A DNA stretch of 62,903 nucleotides, the filler included, from Jimgerdemannia flammicorona (Eukaryota), in NCBI GenBank assembly GCA_003990765.1. It is 2 parts of 2 records of this genome, joined end to end, with 100 filler letters (N's around TTAATTAATTAA, not from the genome) between each part and the next. Parts side by side here need not be neighbours in the genome. Positions count along the whole stretch, not along the records: positions 1 to 31,409 come from RBNJ01000402.1; 1 more part is not named here. The stretch is one strand, 5' to 3'. A model generated the notes under the pieces. It saw nothing but the letters and a program-made list of their open reading frames with translations. It was not told the DNA's origin and did no database searches. Numbering within the stretch: the first letter of the stretch is position 1; each line of letters begins with the position of its first letter. The position numbers and the translations under genes are program-made. This document shows, one piece after another, positions 12,885 to 26,438 of the stretch.

Positions 12885-15800
12885 ATCAGAGAGGGGTAGA
12901 AATAAGAGTTATTACAACTAGGTATGATATCAGAGAAGGATAGTCTGCTCTGGGACTTTTAGAAGAAGATAGTGGGAGTCTCTGAAGTACTGGAGTACTT
13001 TGTAACTTGATACTATAGTCAGGGAGATAGGTGGGGGAGCAGAATCTAGGGCTGGTGGTACTACTTTATAAGAACAAGAGCAGAAGAGAGAACTGGAAGA
13101 ACTGGTGGCTATTTATACTTCTAGATATAGACAGAAAGTTGGTTACTAAGGTGGTGGTCACAAGACTACAGAAAGTGGCCCAGTAAGTCTTAGGTATAGA
13201 GCAGTAGGACTTTGTAGGAGGCCAGCTCATTAGGGATGGTATGGCCTGGGTACATAGAGTTATTGAAGGGGTATAAGCCTGTAGACTAGATGGGTGACTG
13301 GTTTTTCTGGATCAGAAGAAGGCATATGACCAGGTTTGGCAGGTCTGGTTGATAAAGGTATTGGATAGAATTGGGATATCTTGCTAGTTCTGGTCAGCAA
13401 TGGTCAGCCTACTGGAAGAAAGTAGGGCTGTGCTCATATGTAATAGACATAGAGGAGTGGTATTTTCCCTGGGTAGGGGTATTCTTTGGGAGACCCACTA
13501 TCCCCCATTCTGTATGCTCTTTTGCTAGAGCCTCTGATGGATGGGATTCAGTAAAAGATAGTTAGACTCTCAGTTTTCAAGATTGGATGGTAAGTTGGAG
13601 CCTTTGCAGATAATATAGTAATTAGTCTGGGATCAATCACAGATATCAAGGAGCTCAAGTAGACAGTAGAGTGGTATGAGGTATACTCTGGGGCTAAACT
13701 CAATTGGTACAAGTGTGAAATAATGGTATTGGACAATAGCCTGGTGAGAGGGAATATTATTGGAACAATTGTCCTTGCTGAGGAGGCTGTATGATACTTG
13801 GGTATCTATCTAACAGTATATGGGTCAGTCCTACCAAGATCTTGGTAAGAGCAGAGGGTTGTGATCTGGGGGGAGGCCTTGTAGAGTTGGAGAGAAGAGC
13901 AGAGGGTTGTGATCTGGGGGGAGACCCTGTAGAGTTGGGGAGGACACCACTTATCTCTGGCAGAATATATTTTGATTTTGAACTTCTACTGGCTACTGAA
14001 GTTATGATATTTGGCTTATCACCTAGACTTCCCAGCCTGGGTGATAAAGAGACTACTAAAATTAGCCAAGGGTGGATCTGAGTCAAGAGAAGGAGTCAGA
14101 TCAGCTGAGAGGTCTTGTCTTTATCAGTGGCTAGAGGGGGCCTCAGACTGATTGATTTTCTGAAGAGACTGTACTGCCTGAGAGCATGGTGGCTAAAGAG
14201 AGCAGTGGAGCTGAGAGGAGATAGCTGGATTTCCCTGATACAGAAGGTCTGAGAGATGAGGTCCTCACCAAGAGGTACTATAAGAGATCTACTATCCTTG
14301 GTTGGACTTCAGAACAATAGGTATATACAATATAAAGACTTCTGGTGGGTGGTAGTGGATGGGGTATACTGCATTGGAATTCACTGATAAGAAAATGAAG
14401 GAGAGATACCTTGGGACTCAGCAATATGGAGATGGGACCAAGTATTGTTGAGGAGTATCCTCCTAACAAGGTCTGATCTTTCTCCAGTACTGTTCAGATT
14501 ACACAACCTTTGAAAGGTACTTACAACATCATTTTTAGAGTAAAGAGACTAACAACATAGCAACTGACAGACAATCTGAGGTGCATACTGGGCAGAGTGG
14601 CTCAAGCGCTTTCAAATGGCAGTAGGTGGGGAGGGGCCCAGGCCTGGGGGGGGGCATGAGGGGGCTGCTGGTGGGAGGACACAGAAGGGGTGGAGGTACT
14701 GGTGGAGGACAAGGGTCTGGGAGGGCGAGCTTTGCAGAGATAGTGAAGGGAAGGCAGTAGGTGTCAGGGCTGGAGGACTGGCTGAGGAGGGGTAAGGAGA
14801 CTGAGAAGGAGGCAGTGCATAGGGGAGTAGCCCTTAGAAGGGGGAGCAGTGGAGCTGGGGGAGTAGCAGCTGAGGGGAGTGTGACTGCTGATGGTGACAG
14901 AACTGCCAATCTGGAAAAAAATCCAGATGTGATGGCTGTTGGCAAGACTGAGTGGCTGAGGCTTAGAAGACAAGGGGATTTGGTGGATGGCATGATGGAT
15001 CTGGTGGTGGCTCCATTACTCAAAAAATCAATCTTAGTATTCACAGTTACACTGTGCTTCTGGGGCTTAGCAGTGATAGTGAAAATAGTACTGGGGCTTA
15101 TTGCTAAGCAGGTGGTAGGAGCTGCATCAGTGAAGTTTTTGAAGAGACTGGAGGGTGTGGAGGTGGGTTTTGAGGAGGCTGAGCCACTGGAGGAGGCACT
15201 GAAGGTTGGGCTAGTAGTTGGGGAGGTATGTGTTCCAATGGTGAGGTGTCTTAAATGGGATCTGAGGGTGGTCCAACTGCTGGTGAAAGGAGTGCCCATG
15301 GTGATAGTGATGGAGATAAGAAAGAGAGTTGAGGATATCATAGCAGAGTATGGAGAGGTGGTGGATATCGGGTTCAGGGTCTGGAAAGGGACCTTGCTCA
15401 GAACTGGGAACATGGATGTGAGGATTCGGCTGGCTGGGAAAGAAGCTACTGAGAAGACAAGGGACTGGTCTTTGGTGATGGTCTGGGGAGTGATCTTGTG
15501 CAAGGTAATGAGGGTGAAAAGAAGTGAAAAGGAGGAAGAGGACTTATTAGAAGCACTGGAAGAATTGGATGGTACTGTGGAGTGGCAAGCAAAGGCTTGG
15601 AAGGCTTTCATAGAGTTGACACACCTGGAGGTGGTGGATGGAAAGAGGATTCAAGTAGACAAGGTATAGTGGAAAAGGGCTCAGGGGTGTAAGAGACAGA
15701 AAAATCTGCTGGCTAAACTGGGGAGCAGATTACAGAAGGATGTGAGCAAGATGACAAGCATAGAAGGGGCCAAAGCAAGTGTCTGGGCTGGTGAGAGGAG

Positions 15801-18800
15801 TAGGAATGCCAGGAAGGAGACAGGGAAGGTGAAGGAGGTGAAGATTATTGACCCATATGCTGATGGCACCTTGGAGGTTTGGGATGAGGTCTGGGAGGAC
15901 TCTCCCACTCCTTCTCCTCTTATCAGGTAAGGCCTGGCTTCCAGAAATAAGATTGTGGAGGACATGACAATGCTGGAGACCCATCAGGTGAAATTCAGCA
16001 TTCCAGAGATAATGAATGGGGAATATGTGGTGGCAGCTAGAGAGGAGGAACTGGTGGATGTCCCAGAGGTATGGGATGAGGCTGCGAGTGCTGGAGCTGA
16101 CACCACAATACTGGATGGAGGGAGGCCGGTGATCCCTGGAGGGAAGAAGGTGGAAAACCTACTTTGGATGTGCAGGATGATGAATAACCTGGCAGCAGAA
16201 GAGTTGGGAGAGGTAGACTTACAAGTGATGGGTGATGAGCACTGGGTGCAGATATTGCAAGGGGATGGAGTGATGATGGCACTGAAGGTGGAAATTCTTG
16301 TGGTGTATCTGGAGGAGGAAGGGTATGAGGTGGACAAGGAGTGGGAGGCAGAGATAGCAGTTGTCACTGGGGAGAGGGCTGAGTACTGTTGGAACAAGCA
16401 TCATGGATTGTAGCTTTGGCAGGAGGCTTGTATTGAGTACCAGAAGGAGTTTGAGGAGAAGGTGGATGGGGAGATGAATGAGCTGTTGGCTGGATTAGAG
16501 GCTCAGAGGGTTGAAGAGGAGGAGGTGATGGTAGAACATAATTTGGACATAGCACAGGAGGAGATGAGCATGAAGCAGTAGAGATCGACTGATAACAAAT
16601 TGTATTTCATTATGAACAGTACAACCAACATTTTTTCTTTGAATGTGAATAGGCTATGGGGCACTGTTAGATGTAGGAATATTTTTATTTAGCTGAAGGG
16701 ATTGGAGGCCAATCTCTTCCTCTTGTAGGATGTCAGGTGTGAAGATGACTCTGATAAGATAGAATGGATAAAGAAATGGGGTAGTATAGCAATTTGGAAT
16801 GGCAAGGTTGGGATTCTGGTTTGGAAAGGCAGAGGGGAGATAAGAGATGTGAGGAGTTGGGAGAAGAGACTGGTCTGGAGTGAGTGGATTCATGTAGGCT
16901 GGGAGCTAGTCACAGTTGGCTCTTGTTACTGCCCTGCCATATGGGGGGAGTGTGTAGATTGGGTGAAGGGTCTCCAGGAGAGTGGGATCCTTGCAGAGGC
17001 TGGGGTGGATATGCTTGGGGGAGATTTCAATATAGTTTGGGATATACAGATGGATAGAACTGATGGAGGATGGGGTGCTGAGAGCAGAAGTGGGGGGCTG
17101 GTGATATGGGAGGAAGTTGAAAGACTAGGAGTACTGGTAGATACTGGTAGGGAGTACTGGGGAGATAGGAGGGTATATACGTATTGGGTTGGAGGCCTGG
17201 GGATAAGGATCAACTGGATTCTGATGGCCAATTGTTGGGGCCGAGATGTTTGGAAGTCACTGGAGGTGGAATGGTGTCTATGGTCAGATCACTGGGGCCT
17301 TTTGGGACAGGGGTGCTTTGGGGGAAGTGGGGATGGGCCTGGACATTGGTGCCTAAATTCCTCCCTGTTAGATGATGAGTCCTGATGGGAGGAGTAGACT
17401 AAAGACATTCAGCTGAGGGTAGAGAACTGGTGGCAGGAAGGTGCCTCGATTGGGGTTAGGTAGATGAGAATGAAAGAGATGGCCAGAATGTACTGGAGTG
17501 AGGCTGGCAAGGAGGCAGGGAAGCAGCAAAGGTAGAGAGTACATTGGGCTTCTACTAGATTGGCTAGACTTCTGGAGGAGTGGGTGAGACTGGCGATGGT
17601 GGAGAGAGAGGAAGATTGGAGATTAATGAGGGCAAAGATGGAGGTTGGGGAACTACAACTGATGCTGTAGGAAGAGGAGAAGGCAAGAGTGCAAAGCTTG
17701 GTAGCACAGCTCCATTGGCAGGGGCTGGAGGAAGGGGAGAGGCCTTCCAAGTTTCTCATGAGGATCCTTAGGGCAAGAAGGGTACAGCAATGGTGGGAAG
17801 GGGTACTTGACTCAGATGGTATTCTAGTGCATGGTGTACAGGATATTCTTAGATTGCTGAAGGAGCAATGGAGTGGATTGTGGAGTGAGGAGGAGGGTGG
17901 GGCAGATGCTACTGCCATTGACTGAACATTGGAGGATTGGCACCCACCACAAGTTGATGGACTAGGTGATCTAGTGATACTTGTAAAGGAGGATGAGATC
18001 CACCAGATTCTTGTTACGACAGCCTCAGGTACAGCACCTGGGGAGGATGGCCTACCCTGGGACTTCTGGAAGTGAATGGTTGGAGTCCCAGGTGTGATGG
18101 GAGAGTTGATGGCATTGTGTGACTTTATATTACAGATGGGGAGATGGGTGGAAGAGCAGGATCTTGGGCTGGTGATGCTGCTTTATAAGAACAAAGAAAG
18201 GTGAGAGGATTGGAAGAACTGGCGGCTGATAATGTTGCTAGATATGGACAGAAAGTTGGTGACTAAGATGGTGGTTGTGAGACTACAGAAGGTAGTCCAG
18301 CAAGTTGTAGGGGTTGAGTAGAGGGGATTTGTGGGTGGTTGGCTTATTAGAGATGGTACAGCCTGGGTACATGGAGTTATTGAAGAGGCTAGAGCCTGTG
18401 GACTGGATGGGTATCTAGTCTTCTTGGACCAGGAGAAGGCTTATGACCAGGTATGACGAGTCTGGCTGGGGAAAGTATTGGATAGAATGGGGGTTCCAAT
18501 CCAATTTTGGTCAGCAATAGTCAGCCTACTAGAAGGGAGTAGGGCTACACTCATGTATAATGGGCATAGAGGGGTAGCATTCTCTCTGGGTAGGGGGGTG
18601 CTCCAGGGGGACCCACTGTCCTCCATTTTGTATGCTCTTTCCCTGGAACCCCCTAATGGACAGAATTAGGTAGAGGATAGTGGGGCTCTCTATCTATGAC
18701 ATTAGGTAGAAAGTTGGGGCCTTTGCAGATGATATGGTGGTTAGTTTGGGATCAATTGCTGATGTCGAGGAGCTCAAGAAGACAGTAGAGTGGTATGAGG

Positions 18801-21159
18801 AGAACTCTAGGGCAAAGCCGAATTGGCACAAGTGTGAAATAATGGTACTAGGTAATGGCCTGGTGAGAGGAGAAGTTATAGGAACAATTGTCCCCACCAG
18901 TGAGGCAGTGTGGTACTTGGGCATCTACTTGTCAGTCTATGGGTCAGTTCTGCCCAGGCTTTGGTGGGAGCAGCAAATTGGAATTTGGGAGGAGGACCTG
19001 TGGGGTTGGGGGGGAAGACACTTTTCTCTGGCAGGATGGGTCTCAATTTTGAATATATATTGGCTGCCAAAGCTGTGGTATTTGGCATATCATCTGGACT
19101 TCCCAGCCTAGGTGGTGAAGAGATTGGTGAAGGTGGCCAAGAGATGGATTTGGGCTGACAGACAGAGTCAGATTGGTTGGTAGACCTTGTCTCTACCAGT
19201 GGCAAGAGGTGGTCTTAGGCTGGTGGACTTTCCCAAATGACTACACTGCTTGAGGACATGGTGGCTTAAGTGGGTGGTGGAGTTGCAAGGAGGGAGTTGA
19301 GTTTCCCTGCTACAGAAGGTCTGGGAGAGGCAGTTATCACCAAGAGGCTCAACTGGTGATCTCCTCTCATTGGTTGGACTTCAGAACACTGCACAATTGT
19401 GATATAAAGATTTCTGATAGGAGATAGCAGAGGGGGCACACTGCATTGATATTCGCTAGTAGGAGAATAAGGGGGAGGAGGCTTGGGACCTGGCAATGTG
19501 GAGATGGGATGGCATACTGCTGGGTGGCATGCCTTTACTTGAGTTCAACATTGGTAATGGAATAGAATACCAAAGGGGACCAGGTCAGGATCTGTAGCCT
19601 AGCAGTTGGCAAGGAGTTAGAATTGGAGAAGAGTAGAACTAGCATAGTATTTGAACCTGGAGTGCCACAGTGCAAAAATGGATGCTGCCAAAGTACTGGG
19701 TGGTCTGGTGGTGTATGCTGAGGAGGAATGTAATGCTCAACTTCCACTCAGGGCACCTTATCATAGGGGGTTGCTTCAACTGTGAGGAGTGCCATAAAGT
19801 TGGGCAGGAAGAGGGCTTTGTATAGATACCAGAATATTGGCTAGGAGAGTGTGAGGTATTGGGAGACTTTTGGCAGGCCATTGAGGACCACTTGTGGGTG
19901 AGATATAGGAGAGATGAAGTATGGGAGAGGTGGGAGGACTTGAGGGATTGATTGGTAGGAGGGGTAGAAAAGGAGTAGATTACCTTAGGCTGGGTGTTGG
20001 CTATTTGGGTTGGGCTGGCCAGTCACTGGCTATTTGTTTTTGAGGATGGGAGGTAACAGAGCTTGGGGAGCCAGTTATCACAGTAGCAGAGACTTATGGA
20101 AGATACCTTGACAGGCTGGTGGCTTGGTTGGGGGCTGCAGGGGGGTCAGAGGCGCCGCTTGGTGGAGAAAATCTGTGGACAGAGTGGGGGGAGAGTTGGA
20201 GTCATTGGTGAGAGGGTAATCTTTATTTGTGAAGAGGTGGAGAGGGGCTCCCCTATGGGGATCAAATAGTGGGTAGTGATATTGTATACTTATTTATAGA
20301 CTGGTAATAAAGATAGAGTCCAAGTAACTATAAAAAAAAAAAGGGGGTATCCTCCTAATTGATTTCAATATTGGTGATGGGTTAAGTACCAGAGAGAGTT
20401 AGGATAGAATCTATGGTCAAGTAGATGGTAGTTGACAGATATCAGAGAGAAGTGAGACTGGAATGAGGTCTGGGTCTGGAGTATTGAGGTAAGGTAGTGG
20501 CTGCCACTAAAGTACTGAGTAGTCTGGTGGCATATACTATAGAGAAATGTCATGCTCAACTTCTGCTCAGGCCACCTTATAGAAGGGAGAAGCTTTGACT
20601 GTGAGAAGTACCACAATATAGGGCAAGAAGGGGGATTTGTACAGATGCCAGAACTTTGGCTAGGAGAGTGCAAGGTACTTAGTAACTTTTGGCTAGCAGT
20701 TGGAGATTGATTGGGTATCATATAAAGGGGAGATAGTAAGTAGAGTCAGTAGGAGAATTTGAGGGATAGATTGGTGGAGGGGGTGAGAAAGGAGTGGCTT
20801 ACTATAGATTGGATATTGGTAGTTTGAGTGGGGCTAATAGGTCACTCATTGTTTATTTTTAAGAAAGAGAGGTATCTGGGTTTGGGGGTATAGCTATTGA
20901 GATGAGAAGAGTTGATAGAGGATGTTATAATAGACTGGTGGTTAGATTGGAGTGCAGGATGGTCAGAGGCATTGTTTGGTAGAGAAAATCTGTGGGCAGA
21001 GTAGAGAGAGTATTAGAGTAGTGAGTGATAAAGTTGCCTTTAAGTGTGAAGGTATGAGAGAGGGCTCTCCTATGGGGATTGAGTAGTGGGAGGAGATATT
21101 GTAACTATATCAATAGATTGGTAATAAATGGCAAAGTCCAAGTGACTATAAAAAAAAAA
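12885..21159 (+). mobile_element. Older 5'-truncated family A LINE (12885-14466 + 20344-21159) split by a nested full-length LINE
   Basis: RT motifs at 12.9-14.4 kb (DQKKAYD, GDPLSP, FAD). ORF2 resumes colinearly at 20344 and ends AATAAA..AGTCCAAGTGACTAT + poly(A) at 21150-21159. Confidence 0.88.
14469..20342 (+). mobile_element. Full-length family A LINE (ORF1 ~14556-16580, ORF2 ~16612-20270), decayed, nested with TSD
   Basis: Colinear with the reverse complement of 1-5714. Ends AGTCCAAGTAACTAT + poly(A). Flanked by GGAGTATCCTCCTAA (14452-14466) and GGGGTATCCTCCTAA (20344-20358). Confidence 0.95.
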
Positions 21160-24100
21160 GTTAGTGGTCAAGAACATTAAGGTTGGGATAGTAAGATATC
21201 TGAGGTGAGATCTGTATACTGTATATCTAGTAGTAGAGAGACTGTCAATACTGAGGAGGCAGGAGATAAAGGAGATAGTGGTAGAGGTACTAGGAGGCTT
21301 TGGAGAGATAGTTGACTTCAGCTTTATGTTCTAAAAAGGGACCAAGCTGAGGAATAACAACTGTGAGGTAATGGTGAGGCTAGAAGGCAAGGAGGCTATA
21401 GGGCTAGGGAGGGACTGGCTAGAGGTGATTCATATTGGTGGTTAAGAATGCAAGGTATAGAGAAGGAAGAGATCTGAGTAGAAGAAAGAGGAATTGTTAT
21501 TAGCCCTAGAGGAGAGGGAGGCCATTAAGGATCTATAAAAGAGGAGATAGAAGGAGTTTGCCAAGAACTGGATCTGAATTTCAATAGATGGGAGAAGAAA
21601 GAGATGACAGAAAGAGAACTGAGAGTACCTGCAGACAGTTCTCCAGAGTTCAAAAGTAGAGGAGATAGTAAGAACAGAGATAGTTAAGAGTCAGATAGAA
21701 GAGATGGAGATAGCCAAGGTATCCTTTTCACAGCTAGAGGGAGTGGAGAGTTCTATTCATGTACTAGTGACAGAGAAGCAGGCTGATAAGGAGGAGGTGA
21801 GAGAGGGGAGTTTTGAGGACATTACTGAGATAGTATCAGAGACTCAATTGGAGGACTTATGGATGACAAGGACAGTAAATTTTCACTGGAAGTGTCTAGA
21901 GGCAGGTGAGGTAGTAAGGCTGGAGAAGATTATGGAGGAGAACAACTTGGTAGATATGGCCTCTGATGTCTCAATAGATAGGGAGCTACTACAGGAGTTG
22001 AGTAGGACCCACAGGCTGGCCACCCCCAGGCCTCTGGTAATGATGACTAATATCTGATACCAGGCAGTGCTTGAGGAACTTACAGAGGAAGATATTAAGA
22101 AAGTAGATGTATATCATAGATATCAGGAGACTTGGGAGGGATTTCTCAATATTGCTATATAGGAACTGGAGTTAGTAATAGTGATGGTGGCAGTACTTCT
22201 GATAATGAGGGATATGACATTGATAAGTACAGGATGGCTGACATTAGGAAGGTGGCATCTGAGCAGGTAGATGCATTCTGTAGCAGTATAAATGGGACAC
22301 ATATCTAGAGGGCTATCTGTGAGAAATAAAAAGAAATAATCCATAGTAGGGCTGAGAAGATTGTAGTGATTCCCATGGAGCTTTAAATATTTTTATTTAT
22401 AATGATGAACAGTCTATATATATTATTACTAAATATCAATAGTCTGTATGATAGAGTTAAACAATAGTATCTATTTCATTAGCTAAAAGTCAGAAGGTAT
22501 GATATGATACTTCTATAGAATGTTCAAGCCTATAGTGAGTAGGATTATGAGGAGTGGAGTAAAGAATAGTATAGTAGTGCTGATTGGAATGAACAGGTGG
22601 GCATTTTAGTTAGTATTAGAAGAGGTAAACTAGTAGAGATGGAAATTTATGGTAATTGATTGATATGGGGTAGATTGAAAGGAAGAGCTGGAGATAGATT
22701 AGTAGTGGGCTCTGGCTATCTTTCAGCAGTTAGTAGAGAGCAAAAGCAATGGGTGGAGGACTGGCTGGTATGGGAGGACTAGAAGGAAGTTGGGCTGGAC
22801 ATTTTGGGGAAAGACTTTAATATGGTTCATGATAGGACATTAGATAGGTCCAATGGTGGGGTTAGTGTAGCAGACTCAGCTGAGCTTTCTCAGTGGCTTC
22901 AGGTTGAGAGAGATATAGGATTGGTTGATGGTGTCTAACAGTGATAGGGAGAAAAGCCAGGGCCCTTTATTCAGTAGTATTCTGTTGGTAAGAGTCTGAT
23001 TGAAATGAGGATTGATTGGATCCTGATAGCTGAAGGTTGGGGAAATGTACTGGACATTGCTGAGGTATGGTGGTACCCTTGATCAGATTACTGGGGAGTT
23101 GAGGTATATGTCAGATTTCAGACTATCAGTAGGGGTAAGGGTTACTGACAGCTCAATATGGCCCTCCTTAGAGGGCAGGCAGAGTAGGAATGATTTGTGG
23201 AGATTACAAGACAGGAGGTGATATAGTGGAAGGATGAAGGATAGCTGATAGGGCAGTGGTGGAGTAAATTTAAATACTTGGCTGGTACCTATTGATATAA
23301 TATCAGAGAGATAGTGGAAAAGGAGTAAAAGAATAAGGAGAGGAGAGTTGAGTAAGGACTGTGATGGTAATTGAGATTGATGGAAGAGGGGGAACTTGTC
23401 AGAAGAGAAGTACTCCTAATTGGCAGCAGAGATAGTAGATTTGCAGCTGGATCTCAAGGTAGCTGAGGATAGAGTAGTCAATGATCTGCTGACAAGGCTG
23501 AGGGCTAGGTGGTTGGAAGAAGAAGAGCAGCCTATAAAGTATTTATCAGATATTTTGAAGACCAGAAGGGTACATTACAGCTGAGCTTCAGTGTTATGAG
23601 AGGATGGTTCTGAGGTCACTGATATTGCAGAAATACTGGGCAAGATCTCTGGGCAATAACAGGCTCTCTGATAGGATGAAGGAGGGCTTGTAGAAGACAA
23701 GGTATTATAGGAGGATAATGGCAATTTGGTGGGCAGTTGGTCAGTAGTAGCACAATCTAAGATAAGTAGGACAGTAATAGATATAGTATCACTGGAAGAG
23801 GTATTAGAGGTATTGAGGAAAGTGTAGATAGAATTGTCACCTAGGGAGGATGGGCTATCTTGGGAATTCTAGAAGGAGTTCCGAGTGGAGTTTGGTGACT
23901 GGTTTGTAGAAATGGCAAACTTTGTTTTGAAAGACTATAGCTGAATTGGCAATAGCTTCTTAGGGCTGGTCTCTCTACTATATAAGAAGAAGGGGAACTG
24001 ATGTATATAGTAGAATTAGTGGCCTATCATATTGCTAAATATAGATAGAAAATTGGTGTCCAAGATTCTAGCTGGAAGGATATAACAGTGAATCAGCTGA

Positions 24101-26182
24101 CTAGTAGGTGAGGACCAGCAAGACTTTGTTAAAGAGAGGCAGATTAGAGATAGTACTGCCTGGGTACAGAATATCTTGGAGGGTTACAGAAGCTGGTGAG
24201 TGGATAGGCAGATGGTCTTCTTAGATAAAGAGAAAGTATATAATAGAGTATAGTGGAATTATCTAAAAGCAGTGCTACAGAAGGCAGAATTCAGTATAGT
24301 AGATACTAGAAGATTGATGGGTCTGATGTAAGGCTGCTGAGCAGCTATACTGATGAATGGATAGAGTGGTCCAGAGTTTGCCTTAGGGAGAAGAGTACCA
24401 TAGGGTGATCTTCTCTTCTTTCTACTCTATATTCTCTCCTTGGAGCCCTTACTGGCTTGGCTGAAGGGGTGGCTTACTGGATTGCAGATAGGAGATATGG
24501 TATAGAAGCTGAGGATAATAAAAAAAAAAAAAAAAAAAAAAAAAAATAGAAACTGAGGATGATATAGTGGTTGGGTTAGGCTATATAGTAGATGTTAAGA
24601 ATCTGCAGAAGGGAGTTGGACAATATGAGAGGCTGGTAGGAGTAAAACTAAACTGGAGCAAGTGTGAGGCAATGGAGCTAGGTACTGACTTGAGAGAGGA
24701 TGGGTATTTGGACAAACAGTGGCTGTGGGAAATACTATCTATTGTTTGAGCATCTGGTTCTCAGTTTATAAGACTATATTACCAAAAGAGTAGTAATGTG
24801 ATATGATTCAGAAGTAGGAGGGTATATTAACAGATTGGTCAGAGAGGTACTTCTTCTTGGTGAGGAGAGTAGTGGTTTTGAATGTATTCTGACTACCTAA
24901 GTTATGGTATTTGGGGTACTATCTGGATTTTTCTAGATGGGTGATACAGAGGCTGAAGAAGATGGTGAAAGGATGGTTATAGTAAAAGAGACAGCTGCAG
25001 ATTAGCTGGGAGACTGTGGTGTTAAGAATAATAGATAGAGGTCTGGAGTTAGTGGATTTCTGGAGGCAGTTGAAGGTACTCAGAGATTGGTTGGAGTATC
25101 AATTAATAGAGTTGAGAGAGGATAGTTGGAACAGACTAGCTATAGACAATTGGGAGGTCAGGTTCTACCCCTGTGGTGAGGACTTAAAGATTATATGAGG
25201 GTTGCTTTAGTTTGGAAGAGTTAGTAGATTATGGTTTAAGGAGTTTTGGTAGAGTATTATAGAGGCTTGGCTAGCTATAGAGTTGATAAGATCAGAGATG
25301 GGTGAGAGTGAAGATCTCAAGCAGCAATAGTGGTAGTTGGAGAGACTTCACATTAGTGGTCACTAGTTGGCAGAGTACTCTCTGTCTGAGGCAATGGAAT
25401 AGATCAGATCTGACTCTCTTGAAAAATAGTCTATAAATTGGCAGAAGGCTGGATTTAGGAATAACTGAGATTGGAGACAGGTCTGGAGCTATGGGGCTTC
25501 TTTACTTAAGGTGGTACTACTTAAGTATTGGGTGATATAGTGGAGATTCTTAAGGAGAAATATGATACTGAGCTACTAGACAGAATAAATAAAAGTAAAA
25601 AAAGGTTAGGAATAAGAGTAGTATAGTAAGGTAGATAGAGAAATAGTTCAGATACCAGAGTATATTCTAGCAGAATGTCAGAGTATAGAGGGGTATTGGC
25701 AGATATTAGAAGGATATTGGGGCTCTGAGGTTGGGTGGTCAGAGGATTCCACTAGTCTGGTAGTCAAGTAGTAGCTGGTAAGAGAGACTGGTGATATCTG
25801 AGATAAGCTGGACCAGATCCCTGCAGTCTGGGTCCTAATGACAGTATATTAGTGATAGGTGTTCAAGCAAGATCCATAGATGGAAATAGGCAAATTAGTA
25901 GAGCAGTGGAGGTGGTTTCTCAGAGAGATAGTACAAAGGTAGTAGTATTAAGAGAAGTAATATCAACTAGAGACCTTAAGGAAGATATGAGATATTGTAT
26001 AGAGGAGCTGAGATAACCTAGTACTAGATGACCAGAAGATGCAGTGGAAGAAAGGAGTTGGCTGAGGGGCCTTTGTCTATATATTATTTTTGTAGTAATT
26101 ATAATATAAGATTTGTTATTGTATTAAATTTAGATAATAAAGAAGTCTAAGAGACTATAAAAAAAAAATAAAAAAAAAAAAA
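21160..26182 (+). mobile_element. Second, divergent L1/Tx1-type LINE (family B), lacking the ORF1 5' part, heavily decayed
   Basis: ORF1 remnant (VRYLRxDL..). ORF2 starts ~22402 (MMNSLYILLLNINSL) with KDFN, RIDWIL, SDYW, DKEKVYN, VPxGD and PKLWY. Ends AATAAA..AGTCTAAGAGACTAT + poly(A). Confidence 0.9.
24502..24564 (+). mobile_element. Poly(A)-only insertion with TSD inside the family B RT region
   Basis: ATAGAAGCTGAGGATAATA (24502-24520) and ATAGAAACTGAGGATGATA (24546-24564) flank an A-run. Confidence 0.72.
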
Positions 26183-26432
26183 ATCTGGGTTCTAATGATA
26201 GTACATTAGTACTAGATGTTTAAGCAAGATCTATAGATGGAAATAGGTGAGTTGGTTGAGTGGTAGAGATGGCTTCTCTGGGAGGTAATATAAAGATAGT
26301 GATATCAGAAAAAGCAATATTAGCTAAGAGCCTTAAGGAAGGTATAGGACATTGTACAGAGGAGCTGTGATAACCTAGTGCTAGATGACCAGAGAGTGTG
26401 GTGGAAGGAGGGAGTTGGCTGAGGGCTTCTAT
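26183..26432 (+). mobile_element. Additional family B LINE 3'-end fragment
   Basis: Homologous to ~25827-26075 (TCTGGGT.CTAATGA.AGTA.ATTAGT..CAAGCAAGATC.ATAGATGGAAATAGG..GATAACCTAGT.CTAGATGACCAG). Confidence 0.8.
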
Positions 26433-26438
26433 CAGGAT

